64,000 bases of DNA, from NCBI RefSeq assembly GCF_006345805.1, contig NC_043009.1, positions 66,960,001 through 67,024,000 on the forward strand. The letters run 5' to 3'. Every line of letters starts with the position of its first letter. Position 1 is the first letter of the stretch. Of the stretch, positions 1-13,472 are shown piece by piece. Origin of the DNA: Octopus sinensis (lineage: Eukaryota). A program made the translations under genes and the position numbers. The notes under the pieces were generated by a model that searched no databases, was not told where the DNA came from, and was given only the letters and a program-made list of their open reading frames with translations.

Positions 1-339
1 ACGAGAAAAAACAAGAGGAAGGTGGATGCAAAAAGCGGAAGGGTGGAAGAAACGGGAAACGAAAGGTAAAAGGAAAGATAATTATAGTTATGTCCCCTTT
101 GGCCGTAAAGACATAAAGCCAGTTGGTGTAGAATCAACGGAATAATGGATCTAAAGTCTGCGATACAGCTGCTCAATCTAGATATATATATATATTGAAA
201 TGAGGAGTCGACAACTGATGAAGGGTCGCTTTCTGTGTTTACTTGTTTTCCATTTTTTCATCGCTGTTTACGTATTTAACTCGTTTGTTTTCGTATTACA
301 TGTTATTTACACAGTTAGTGACGTCCTATAACCCATATA

Positions 340-388
<49 letters not shown>

Positions 389-397
389 ATATATAGA

Positions 398-454
<57 letters not shown>

Positions 455-536
455 CATACATATATAAAAATTAACAGAATGAGATAAAAAAAAATCCAAG
501 GCTGTGAACAGTTTTCAGAACATTTATAAAGAGAAG

Positions 537-584
537 GTCTTACAGCTGTTTCCGGAATATTTTATATAGCCCTTCATCAGAGAC
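537..584 (-). ncRNA. Minimal type I hammerhead ribozyme motif (PLE/retrozyme-like)
   Basis: Minus strand reads gtct-CTGATGA-agggctatataaaatattccg-GAAAC-agct-GTA-agac. Stem I is gtct/agac, stem II is imperfect, stem III is the palindrome ACAGCTGT. Predicted cleavage between 541 and 540. Confidence 0.7.
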
Positions 585-617
585 GGTGCGAGATAGTGTT
601 TAATAGTTATTATCGAA

Positions 618-663
<46 letters not shown>

Positions 664-724
664 TATATTATTATATTATTAGTTAATTGAACGCCACGTA
701 TCCATTTCCAAATATATATAATAT

Positions 725-758
<34 letters not shown>

Positions 759-1875
759 ATATATCTATATATATATATACAACACACACCACATACATAC
801 ATACATACATACATACATACATACATACATACATACATACACCACACACACATACCCATACATATGTGTGTGCATGCGCACGAGTGTGTATATTTGCACG
901 TACGTCTTTGCATATGTTAATGTTTCTATGTTTGCTGTTTAAGTATGTACATGCGTTCGTGTGTATGTGTATGTTGGTGCAGCATGGACAAATGATAACA
1001 AGTTCGTTTCATACTCATTTGTCCCGGGTTCGATCCCACTATGTGACATCTCGGTTAATTTTCTTTTCTCCAAAGCCTTGAATTCACCTAAAACTTGTGA
1101 ATAGAATTTGGTCGACAGAAACTGCATGGAAGCTCCCTGGATGGGCTGCACATGCAATTTCAGGATTCAGTTTCGCCATTGAGTGTGTCCCCCCCCCTAT
1201 CAACTCAACATTGCTTATACAGCTCTGCGGTGTGTAACACCGTTGACCTCTATTGGCAATGTCGAAGTGATTGCAGAACAAACGTAAAATGAAGCGTTTT
1301 GCCCAAGAACACAACGTACTGCCCCGGTGCAGGAATTGAGATCACGATCAGCTCCCTAACCACTAGGCCACACGTCCTCATATACATGCCTTTTAAATTG
1401 AAGACTATTTTCTCTATATAAGAATTGCCTAACTTTGTATATTTGTTAGATTTAGTTTGATTTAGTTTGAAGTTATGTCATGCTGAGGATTCCAAAGAAA
1501 GATGGAATACGTGTCAACCAAAACTAGAGACATGTTTCTACTCCTTACTATATGTAGAAAAAGAAATATTCTTTTCTACTCTCGGCACACTGCACGAAAT
1601 TTGGTGGGGGAGGGGCCAGTCGATTAGATCGACTCAAGTACGTAACTGGTACTTAATTTATCGACCCCAAAAGGATGAAAAGCAAAGTCGAACTCGGCGG
1701 AATTTGAATTCAGAACGTAGAGACAGACGAAAAGAAAAAGAAATATTAAATATTAAATGTGTATGTTCTGTACACCTTTACTCTTTAAATTTCAAACTTC
1801 GAAACATGCCTCAAATTAGCTTAATCTAGAAGGGATTGTCTCCCCTACGATATGATCAACAGGGATACATATCAC

Positions 1876-1944
<69 letters not shown>

Positions 1945-1953
<9 letters not shown>

Positions 1954-2290
1954 ATGCTATCCAATCATCTCGTTCTTGGTCCCCTCCTAAATCTACTGTG
2001 TCATTTGACTGGGCTTGAAGAATAGCGTCACGGCCTGGAGAAATCCAATGATCTTCGAGTTAACCTTACTCCACCGATTACCGGAACTTCATTTCGGCCG
2101 CTTCTATTCGCGATCGTACTCTGTCGGTCATTACCCAACATTTATAACCACCGGTAAGGATAGCCACTGGTAACCGATTTGAAGGTAACGAGTTTGGTTG
2201 TTTTTGATCAACCTCTCCTCTTCTGAGGATCGAATGCCGGAGCTGGCGTATTACTGTGCCAGCGTTACAAGTTCTAACACCCTATGTATG
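1945..2290 (-). mobile_element. RTE-like LINE 3' fragment (degenerate ORF2 C-terminus)
   Basis: Translates to ILTGGYKCWVMTDRVRSRIEAAEMKF and later RGPRTR*LDSI, resembling the RTE motifs PILTYGxExW...IQAAEMRF and RGRPRTRW. Confidence 0.65.
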
Positions 2291-2314
2291 TGTTTTTGGG
2301 CGTGCGAGCGTGTG

Positions 2315-2380
<66 letters not shown>

Positions 2381-2853
2381 GCGTGCGTGCGTGCGTGTGT
2401 TTATAGATGAAATAGGGTCGCCGGAAACTGTGAAAGCGAACGAGTAATCTTTACCTGTAACTGAAAATGCCAGCCTGATCACAAATTATGTCACCCTACG
2501 TCACACAATATCACTCTGTGTCACACTCTGTATCACACTTTGTGTCACACTTTGTGCCACGCTGATACTGTTTTAGAATCATATCAAACCTGCATACGTC
2601 AGCAAAATGTCTTTGCACTCGTACTACGCATCAATTAACAGAGAGTTCCTTTGAGCGAATAAGCGAAATAGTCAACGTCGAAAGCGACGGAGATCCATTT
2701 AATTGCTTTTGGCGTTTATACATATATGACTACGTGTGTGTGTCTGTGTGTGTGTATGTGTACATGTGTGTATGTGTGTATGTGCCTGTGCGAGTGTCTG
2801 TGTGTATGTGACGCATATATATATACATATATATATACATGTATATATATATG

Positions 2854-2945
<92 letters not shown>

Positions 2946-3670
2946 TATATATGCGTATTGTATGTGCGCGTGTGTGTATGTGTATTTATTGTAAGTATAT
3001 GCTCTTATATGTCTGCATAGATGTATAGATTTTGTCTGTGTGCATGTTATTGAATGTGTGTATGCGTATGTCTGTGCGTAAATCACTGCACCTCTATGTA
3101 TATATGTGTGTACGTGTGTGTGTGTATACATACACAAATATACATACACATATTGTTGGTATGTCTCTAGGTGTGTGTTTGTATGCGTGTATATGTGTGT
3201 ATGTATGTATGTATGTATGTGTGTCTGCATATTAGCACGTACGTTTAACTGTATAAATATGTATATTATCGTCTGTATGTTTGGAAGCATGTGTGCAAGC
3301 GTGTGTAAGTGTGAGACGTTATGCGTTTTGACTGCGCCTACGCTACATGCATGTGTGTGTGTGTTTGTGTGTGTATGTGTGTGTGTGTGTATTTATATTG
3401 TATGTGCGTATGTATGTGCGCTGTGTGTGTGTGTTGGGGGGTGTTTATTGTAGAGACAAAGCTGAAATTCATTTGGAAATTAAAGAAAGAAAATGAAGAA
3501 TTTAAAACTAAAACAACACCAACACGAACAACAACAACAACAGCAATAACTGAAATTCTTCACCAGAAATAATATTAATAATAGCAGCACATGCAACAGC
3601 AGCAGCAGCAACAACAACAACAACATCTGCAATGTCTTCCAACTAAGACTACTACTACTACTACTACTAC

Positions 3671-3702
<32 letters not shown>

Positions 3703-3913
3703 TAATAATAATAATAATAATAATAATATAATAATAATATAATAACAACAACAACATCACCAACAGCAACAACAACAATAGCAAAAGCAACGGATGCCGC
3801 ATTAGCACCGGCAACAACAGCTGAAGCAACAACACCAACAACAACAGCAGCAGCAGCAACAAAAACAATGTTTTCTAACGTTAATAATGGTTTCCAAAAT
3901 AAAATGAAGAACA

Positions 3914-3952
<39 letters not shown>

Positions 3953-4357
3953 GTGGTGGTGATGATGGTGATGATGATGATGGGAATAAAAAGAAAACGC
4001 ATGAAAAAAAGACAAGAAACGTAACAAAAGCAAAGTAACATGTGCCAATGAAAACATTGTCTAATAATTTGATAATTAATATTTCGTAGCCAATCCTATG
4101 GCTTCTTAAAACAAGGCATTTTTCTTATTCCAACCAATTTCTCTATGTCTTACACTCGATTGTAATAGATCTGCAAGTATGGCAGACATCTTTTTTTACT
4201 CCACCCCGCCATTCATTTCTGTTCTCGTTCGCTTTTCTGGCCGACTTTTCTAAATCTCTTTATACAAAACTACAATGTCGTCTGTATTCCCAGGCAGAAG
4301 TTATTTATTCATACATCATACATTGACAGTGGGGAAGCTGCTGTTGTTGTTGTTGTT

Positions 4358-4393
<36 letters not shown>

Positions 4394-4416
4394 CTTCTCT
4401 CTCTCTCTCTCCCTCC

Positions 4417-4450
<34 letters not shown>

Positions 4451-4561
4451 AGCTTTGTCAGTGATTTGTCTGCCTTTTCACAATGTATGTGCCTAATTTT
4501 TCTTTGAATGTACAATTTGTCTGTCGCATTTTCGTCTAAATATATGAATCTGTCCGTTGTT

Positions 4562-4875
4562 CTATCTTTTGTCCGTTTGTCTATCTTTGCTTGTCGATCT
4601 CTCTTTTGTCCGCCTGTCTACTTTCTGCCTGTTGGTCTACCTTTTGTCTACCTGTCTATTTTTACCCGTCAGTCTATCTTTTGTCTGACGGTCTGTCTTT
4701 TGTTTGCATGTGTATTTTTTCCAGTCGGTCCTATATTTTGTCCGCCTGTCTATCTTTTGTTCGTCGGACTATCTTTTGTCGCTAGCCTGCCTTTTCCCTG
4801 TCGGTCTATCTTTTGTCTACCGGTCTGTCTTCTGTTTGTCTATCTTCTGCCGTTTACACGTCCGTCTCTTGTCCC
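4562..4875. repeat. Diverged minisatellite, ~19-bp unit (consensus GTCTATCTTTTGTCCGCCT)
   Basis: Many imperfect tandem copies of gtctatcttttgt visible directly. Confidence 0.6.
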
Positions 4876-6371
4876 TGTTTTTGTCTTGAAGTATGTTTTG
4901 CACTAATGTACGATTTTTGTCTGTCTTCGGTGAGATTCTGAACATACGCTGCAGTATCGCGAGCATTCTTTCTCATGCCACTACCAATTCGCCGATTCCA
5001 TATCGAAGTGCAGACTTTTATATGGTTATCGACTGAAGGAGGAAGCCCCTAGATGACCATTTGGTCTACTACAATAGAAACCAAACTCTTACCAGCTCGA
5101 AAAAGTTAAGAACACGTTGGAATAACGTAGCTCTAAATGCACAATGTCTAAATAATGACGAAATGGCCACGGCCGTAAAAGTCTTTGACCAGTGGTCTAT
5201 CTGAAGCAGGGGTTGAAGGCGCTAAACAACAACAACAACCACAAAAACGATTGATAAAGGTATATTCACAGACAGATGTATGGATGGACATACAGGTATG
5301 CAAAAAAATACGGATTCCTAGATAGGCGGGTTGGTGTACGGATGAAGAAACATTGTATGAAGTTTGGGGAAACTGAATTATGATAGATGACATAATTCGT
5401 AAGACTTAAAGCTTATCAGAAATGTTACGGCAAAAAAACCATAAATTACTGGAATATCTCTAATATTAACTCGCTTACCGTTACTGTCTTTCTTTCCACC
5501 CCTCTCTCCCTTATTCTCCCTCTCTTATTCTCTCTCGCTCTCTCTTATTCTCTCTCTCTCGTATTCTCTGTCTTTCTCTTATTCTCTCTCTCCCTCTCTC
5601 TCTCTCTCTCTAACTCTCTCTCTCTCTCAAAACTTCGGTAAACTGGTGATGGTGGTGATGATGGTATCGGCGGCAATGCTTTCGTCGTCATTGTTGTTGT
5701 TGTTAACAATAGTGATGATGATGATGATGGTGGTAGTGGTGGTGGTGGTGGTGGTGGTGGTGGAGGCGTTAATGGTGGTAGTGGTGAAGGTGATAAGGTA
5801 AAAGCCTTTGTTGCTGATTTCGTGTAGTTGTGATGGTGTTGGAGGGGATGGATGGATGGGGGTGAGACAGTTCATGGGAGACTGCGGAGATGTTGGTGAT
5901 GCTAGTGGTGCTGGTGCTGGTGCTGGTGCTGGTGTCTGTAATAATGTTGTTGTTGATGATGTGGAAGTTAGAGCTGATGGTTTTGCCGCTTCAGCTTCTC
6001 AGATCTCTTGGTGCAGGGGCTTCCAAGAATTCGGACACGAAAATTTCTTGTCTCGAAGTCTTTTCCTTTTCCTATTTTTCTCTCTCCTTTTCCCTTACAG
6101 TTACATACCCTCTCTCTTTCTTTCTTTCTCTCTTTCTCTCTCTCTCTCTTTCTCTTTCTCTTTCTCTCTGTCTCTTTCTCTCTCTCCCCTCTCTCTGCTC
6201 TCCTCCCTTCTCGCGTTGTAACGGAAAAAATGGAAGTTAATGTACCCTAACTTCCATTTTTCCGCTTAGTCGTTTCCCGTTCCTACCTTCCGGTCTTTTC
6301 ACTCTCTTTGGACTCTCTTCCGTTGTTCCTTTTGTTTAATCGTCCTCCCATTTTTACTTCTACTCCATGCT

Positions 6372-6425
<54 letters not shown>

Positions 6426-6980
6426 ATCCCCCACCATCACTACCACCATACAGATATAGCCACACTCTTTCAATTTGTCTTCTTTTGGGTTTTTGTCACA
6501 TCACCATCTTTAGGGAGTATCTTTGCTATCACGTTATCTCTCTAATTATCTCTCTCTCTCTCTCTACTTCTCTTAATCGCTCCTCTTTTAAGTCCATAAG
6601 GCCAGACCAAATAAAATATACGAGACAGACGAAAGATAGAAGCTGGCCACGGATTTGGCAGGATGGTCAGTCGCTCGGTGATATTTGTTGACGCTGCATT
6701 GAAGAGGCCAGGGAACAGAAGAAAAAAATGAGAAACAAGAAATGCACTCAACACCTGAGCTGAAGACACTTCCGAAAGGTGGTGGGGGCTGCCACGTCAA
6801 AAACGATAGAGGAGTAGGGGCCGAAACCGTAGGTGGTTCCTCCTAATGATGTCTTTAGCCACTGGATCCTATAAAGGACCTGTTGAGGTAGCAAACCACG
6901 AAACGCGTTTGGAATTCCTCCGTGACTTACTCTCAATATCTGTTCACTTGACTGCTTCCTCGCTAACATATTGACTGCCA

Positions 6981-7059
<79 letters not shown>

Positions 7060-7451
7060 TTCTCCCATTTTCTCCACCTTCCACCCAAGCATCTATTATC
7101 CAATCCACCGTCCTTTATAATTCTTTTTTTTTTGTGCTTCCACATTGCTAAAACGTGATACAGAGGTAGAATCAAACAAAACAATTTGACAAAAATTTTA
7201 TATATATGTGTGTGTGTATCTATATCTATATATCTATAAATGTGCGTATTTTGTATGTGTACGATTTCACATATGTATGTATGTATGTATGAATGTATGT
7301 ATGTATGTATGTAGTATGTATGTATGTATGTATGTATGTATGTATGTATGAATGAATACATGTATGCATTTATGTGTGCACGTATATGTGCAAAGATGTA
7401 GCTAGTGAGATAGGTAGATTGGTGTACAGACAGAGAGACAGACAGACAGAC

Positions 7452-7560
<109 letters not shown>

Positions 7561-8491
7561 TCCCAATCCTTAATTCGGAAAACGCTAACTCACAGAATTT
7601 TTTAAACAAACATTCATTTTTGTTGAAATCAAATCAATGCATTCAGATTTTTTTAAAAATAAATAAATTTGATAAATATTCACAACTAGAATTTAATAAT
7701 CAATGTTTTCTGAGGTTTTATTTTGTGGAAGTTTGATTGCTTTTAAAAATCCTTCTAATTATGTTTGCTGGAAGTTTCTTTTGCAATAATGCAAGCTTTA
7801 ATTTGCACCATTCTTTCTGCACGGTTGCAAATAAATATTCTGTGCTTTTAGAAATTATTGAATTTTTTGTTTTAATGGCTCAACCAAAGAAGGAATGGTA
7901 GTGTCAATGACCTTTCTCAGAACTTCTGAATCTGATAGAAGGAAGTTTTCCTTCGACCAAACATCTAGTTTGCATGCTTGTAGCAAAGTTCACACTGCAA
8001 AAAGGTATTCAAAAGCCAAGTATTGGTATTAAACCGAGCAATGGGTTAAGACGGTGGCACATAAACATGACGGCTTCTTACGATGTTCCCGTCTACCAAA
8101 CGTCACTCAAAAGACTTTAGCCGACCTAATGCTATGGCAGAAGACACTTTCCCATGGTGCTACATTGCTGGTCAAATGATTTGTCGTGAATTCTCGACTG
8201 AGTTTCTTGTCAAAACAGATTCTCTATCACACGGTCACCAAGAAAAACTTATTTGGGAGATGAACAAAACAATAACAGTCTAAGGATACTACAAGTCTAA
8301 GTGGGAATGGTTTGTAACAGTAAATGCCCCAGCATGGCCGCAGCCTAATGACTGAAACAAATAAAAGATGTATGTTGTGTGTATTGTGTGAGAGAGAGTG
8401 TGTGTGTGTGTGAGTTCGTGTATTGTGTGTGTGTATGTGTGTGTGTGTGTGTGCGTGTGTGTACGTGTGTGTGAGTGTGTAAGGAGAAGGT

Positions 8492-8590
8492 GTGTGGCCT
8501 AGTGGTTAGAGTATTGCACTCATGTACTAGATCGTGGGTTCGATTCCCTGACTAAGCGGCGCCTTATGTTCCTGAACAAAGCGCTATTTG
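8492..8590 (+). mobile_element. tRNA-derived SINE 5' portion
   Basis: A-box (tggcctagtggttag) and B-box (ggttcgattcc). A near-identical copy lies at ~33088-33190. Confidence 0.7.
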
Positions 8591-10086
8591 TTGTTACTTA
8601 ATAAAATTAGTTGATTGAGTCGGCAGGCCTTTCAAAAGCCTGAAATGCGTAGGAAAATTCACTGAAACAAAACAGGCAGACGATAGTGAAATGGTGGCGA
8701 ACCACTAAAGAGATTGCCCGCCTCCAATGTCTCTAATCAAAGACCATCTTCCTTGGTTTTGATACTCTACATAGAATAATTCATGGGAATCACTCATTTC
8801 CGGGGGGGGGGGTTCTTCGCATGCCGTTGTTCTTTAGCAGTAGGGCAACTATGATCAAAGGCGTACCAGCCGTGACCATCCTGTAAAAATAGTGTTTTCT
8901 CGTTTTTTAAAGACGTTACGATGTGGTTTGAGAGAAAACTGGCTGTTCTTTCTAGCAGATTAAGTGATTGTATACAGACTGCTTGGTTGGCATGATTTTC
9001 GTTGACCTTTCTTTTGATGGTCCAAAGACTATGACATTTATCACGAAGAGAAGGAATCATCGCTTCTTGGAATGGTGTCATAATCTCTTTTTTTTTTCCT
9101 TTTTTTAGGGAAAAAAAATCAGGTCTAAAAGAGACGGAGAATTAATTTTCTAGTCTCTAATTACGTGAATAATGACACATAATAACAAACTTTAATAATA
9201 AAAAAAATAATTAAATTAAAACGTTGCACAAACAACTGATGTGATGGAAACAAAATTGAAAAGAAGGAACCAAAAAAAAACTATAAAAGAACAAACACTG
9301 CTATAAAAATCGGTTTTTAAAGAAACGAAAATCAAAACAGCAAAAACAAATATTGCAGTAAATAATTTATAACCAGAAACTGAATTCTTCCGAAATGTTT
9401 TGCATTTATTTGAAGAAGAAAATCCCCAAAAATCAAATAATTATTCGAGCGTTCCATTATTTTCATTTGTTTCTCTTAATATGTCCTGCAATGCACACAT
9501 ATATATACATATATACATTCACAACAAACCGGTAACTATCCCTCACCTGCGGAACGAAGATCAGACTCGCCTGTCCTTTTTCTAAGCATGTTAATGAAAC
9601 TAGGCATTTATTCTCAATTTCTTCAAATTATCTCCCCTTCTAACCAAGAGTTGCTAAAAATTGCAGCTAGGTTTGATTTTTCCCTTTTTGTCCGAGAAGC
9701 TCCTATTCAAAAATCATCCATTTATCGTATGCGACAGTGGTCCCCGACCTTTCCACCGCTGTGGTCACCTTTTTATTTCAATGGCATTTTCCCACGGAAC
9801 CCAATTCTAATTTTGTAGGCTCGCAGAGGTTCGCAGACGTCATGTTGGGAACGGTATTCAGTGTATCCTTCACACATGACTTTGTATGTGTGTGTGTGTA
9901 CGGAAGACGTAATGTTTGCCGTCACTTAAACGTAGCTGTTCTTTAAGAACAGGCGATACTGCTATTTTAATCCCAAGAGAACTCCTCCTCCAGCTGGTTA
10001 TTCAGTGCGCTTCGCACTCGATATATATCGCAAGCGGAGAGAGACCTCCCCATACCGGCAAGGTTCCGGGACATTCCGGTGCTATG

Positions 10087-10956
10087 TCACCGACTGCCGG
10101 CAATGTCCCGTTTCTCTTCCTTTTCCTCTTTTTTCCTCTCAACTGAGGGAGGATGCGTCTCCTCCGTGACCGGGAGATTCACCTCCCCTCCCTCACCCCC
10201 AGGATCCTTCGGTGAGCACCCATTGTTGCTCACCTTCTTCCTCTTGCGGCCATTCCATGAAGAGTCCTCCGTCTCCTCAGCCGCCTTCGTTCCCTCTTTT
10301 ACAGAGATCTCAATTGACTGCTCCAGGACTCTGCCTTGCTCTCGAGGACAGTTCTTCTTTATATGGCCAGGCTCCAGGCACCGATGACACCTTGGGGAGT
10401 GACCCTCAAGAATCACCGAGTACCTGCACCCGGCCATTTTCAAAAATCTGGCATAACCAGATTCATGGCTGATTGGGTCCACAGGGTCATAACAGCTTTT
10501 GACCCAACTCAATCAACCGCAGGAAGAATTTTCACATTGAGGAGCCTGGCCCCACTGCCACCCAGACCCCGACGGATAGTATCCTCTATCCATTGGGGTT
10601 CAATTCCGGGTGGCAAACCACAGACCCATTACCTCGTCAATTTTTTCCCACAATAAGTGGGAAGAAACAAAATTTCTTTACCCTCAACGAGCTGGCTCGC
10701 AAAACTGCGAGTCTTCTCTGGGGTGTCAAACAGCAACCACACCGTTGCATGTTTTACTCCCCTAGAGATATACTTAACGGTTGGCAGATGTTCCGCCAAC
10801 TCCTGCTCAATTATCTGCTTGGAGAAGACGGTAATGGTGTCGAGAACCTTCGAATACATTCTCAACACCACCATCGTCTCCTCTTTCTGTCTGAGCCACT
10901 TCCTTGGGTGAGACAATCTCCCACTCTACAATCTTATCCGTATTTTTTTTTGCTAT
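10087..10956 (-). pseudogene. Degenerate non-LTR retrotransposon ORF1 (L1/Tx1-like, gag-type CCHC knuckle); no ORF2 seen
   Basis: Frames join into ...TVVLRMYSK...LFLPTYCGKKLTR / VCGLPPGIEPQW... / MPDFLKMAGCRYSVILEGHSPR-CHRCLEPGHIKKNC-P (CX2CX4HX4C), followed by a K/E-rich tail. Several frameshifts and a stop; probable ATG>ATA at 10954-10956. Confidence 0.75.
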
Positions 10957-12359
10957 GTTTTAAATTTTTTAAAAATCCAAAACAATAGTTCACAAAAAAG
11001 GAAAGACAGATTTCAAAAGAAAGCAAAAGGGAAGAAGAAAAAATAAACAGTTCAAGAAAAAAGTCATAATAGAAGAAAACAATAGTTAAAAAAAAAACAG
11101 CAAAATAATCTTCTGGGCATTCATGTGCTCCAAGCCCTTATGGTACTCCAATTGGAACCTGGACTGCTCCACTTGAATACAGCTTTCCAACGTAGTTGTA
11201 AAATACACACTATTTACAAACAGCGAACAACTTTTGGTGGCAGAATACGTCACCAAACTATATTTCTTACAATGAGAAAAAAATTTCCCTTCATGTGAAC
11301 ACTTGAAATACAGTTTTCCAATAATGGCAAATGTTGTTGTTGTAAAAACATACACTGTTTAAAAGTGAACAATTTTTGGTTGAAGGATACGCTCACCAGA
11401 CAATGAGTAAGTATTTTCATTTACAATGGACCATGTTGCTGAACCGCAAGTAGACCAACATCCCGAATCCAGTGAGGATTCCCTGTTTGTAAAAAATATA
11501 AACACAGACAACGACCCTCACTGGGTCCAAGAGGAATGTCTTACCTTGCAGCAGCTTCTATTGGCAGGCTAAACCCTGCCGGCTATCTTCTTCAGTGCAC
11601 AACACAATGACACATGCGCACACTGACAACAAAGACTCATGGGAAGTATGCAGGCTACTTGGTAAGCAAGCTACTTACCACACAGCCACCCCTGGCGTAA
11701 CTGTTTCTCAATAAAATTTAAGAATATTGGGTATTTCTCATCCAGATAATCTTTTAGTCTCTTCCTTTAGCCTATCGAGGGATCTTCCTTGACCTCTATA
11801 AAACTGGTATAGGTCTTGCTTCAGTTCGAAATTCCACTGGAATTTCTCACGCTACTTCCACATTCTGCCGATAACTGACTCCAGGTTCTTATCTCGCCAT
11901 GGTGTACCTAATTACAATTTTCAACGTGATTTCTATTAGTTTAATTTCGCAGTTCCATTACTGCTTCTATCGTTTTAAAGAAGGTTTTGTTTCCATATTT
12001 TCAAGTAAGATATCTAGTTTTCTTCTTTTTTTGTTTGCTATTGTTTTCTTGTTTTGTTTTTTTTTTGTTTTTGTCTTTTCACCAGGCTTGTATTAATGGC
12101 AAAAATTACAGGGGATAGTGGTCATTATCCGGGAGAATGAATAGTTCTCTATGCCAATGAGTCTGCATTCGATGCCATGATGGATGGATGGATGGATGGA
12201 CGTGTATACGTATCTGGGTGTGCGCGCGTGTGGATGAGTATCTCTCTGTGCATAATCAGAAGAAATCAATATTTGCGACGAATAAGATCGTTGAGAGTTC
12301 AATTCATGGATGCCAAGGATTGAAACATCAGGAGCATTAATCATCAATTGCTCGATTTC

Positions 12360-12745
12360 TCCGGCCATCGATCAAACGTCATCGTCGTCATCACCACCAC
12401 CACCATCATCATCCTCCTCCTCCTCCTCACCATCATCATCATCATCATCCTTATCACCATCACCACCACTACCACCACCAGCACCACCATCATCGTCGTC
12501 GTCGTCTTCGTCATCATCATAATTATCCCCATCACCATCACCATCACCACCACTACCACCGTTATCGTCGTCGTCGTCGTCATCATCCACATAATGATCC
12601 TCATCACCATCACCACAACCACCACCACCAGCGTCGTCGTCATCATCCACTTCATCATTACCACCACTTCCACCACCACAACCACCACCACCACCGTCCA
12701 CGTCATCATCATCACCATCACCACAACTGCTACTACTACTACCAC

Positions 12746-12811
<66 letters not shown>

Positions 12812-12915
12812 CACCACTTCAACCACCACCAACATCGTCGTCGTCGTCATCATCACCATCACCACAACTGCTACTACTACTACTACTACTACTACTACTA
12901 TTATTATTTAATTGT
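12360..12915. repeat. Compound trinucleotide array (CAT/CAC/CGT/AAT/TAC) with internally duplicated blocks
   Basis: Directly visible. The block catcatcaccatcaccacaactgctactactact occurs at ~12705 and ~12850. Confidence 0.85.
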
Positions 12916-13472
12916 AACCAGAAAAATTGTAATAAAATAAAAAACACAAGAGCAACCCATCTCTTTAAACACCAACAGATCTTTCCAGATTCATCTCCCA
13001 ACGGTCTTATCAACTTCAAATATCGTTTGATTCCCTGATATGCCTGGATTATCATTCATTTATTTGACGGGGTTTTTTAAAGAATTTTTTTTTGTAGAGG
13101 GGTTTTGTTTTGTTTTTATTTTGTCTTGTTGTTTTTTACACCTGGCCATTAATTTTGCTTCAACCGTAGCATATTTCCTGTCATGTGCTTAACGTTTTTA
13201 TTGTCTCCAGTGATAAATCTCTTGTCCTGTTGGTTAATTTCTTTTTAATGCTCTGCCGGAGAGCATCGACAGACTTTTTGTTTTTAATTCTTCCCATGCA
13301 AACGTTTTAATTTTTCAAACTCATTCTATCCTCGTATCTGTTCAACTCATTCTATCCTCGCATTCTTCTCTTCTTATATTCTTTCGTTTGTGTGTTTTGT
13401 ATCTTGGAAAAATAAAAGAAAGAATTACCCGCAAGTGTGGCTGCGTGGTAAGAAGTCTGCTTCTTACCACAC

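Noticed and set aside
215-245. CTGATGAAGGG on the plus strand
   Set aside because: No downstream stem II closure or GAAA, so it is not a hammerhead.
7690-7960. Minus-strand KEWCKLKLALLQKKLPANIIRRIF, faintly like a PLE RT thumb
   Set aside because: Too short and too weak to call without a profile search.
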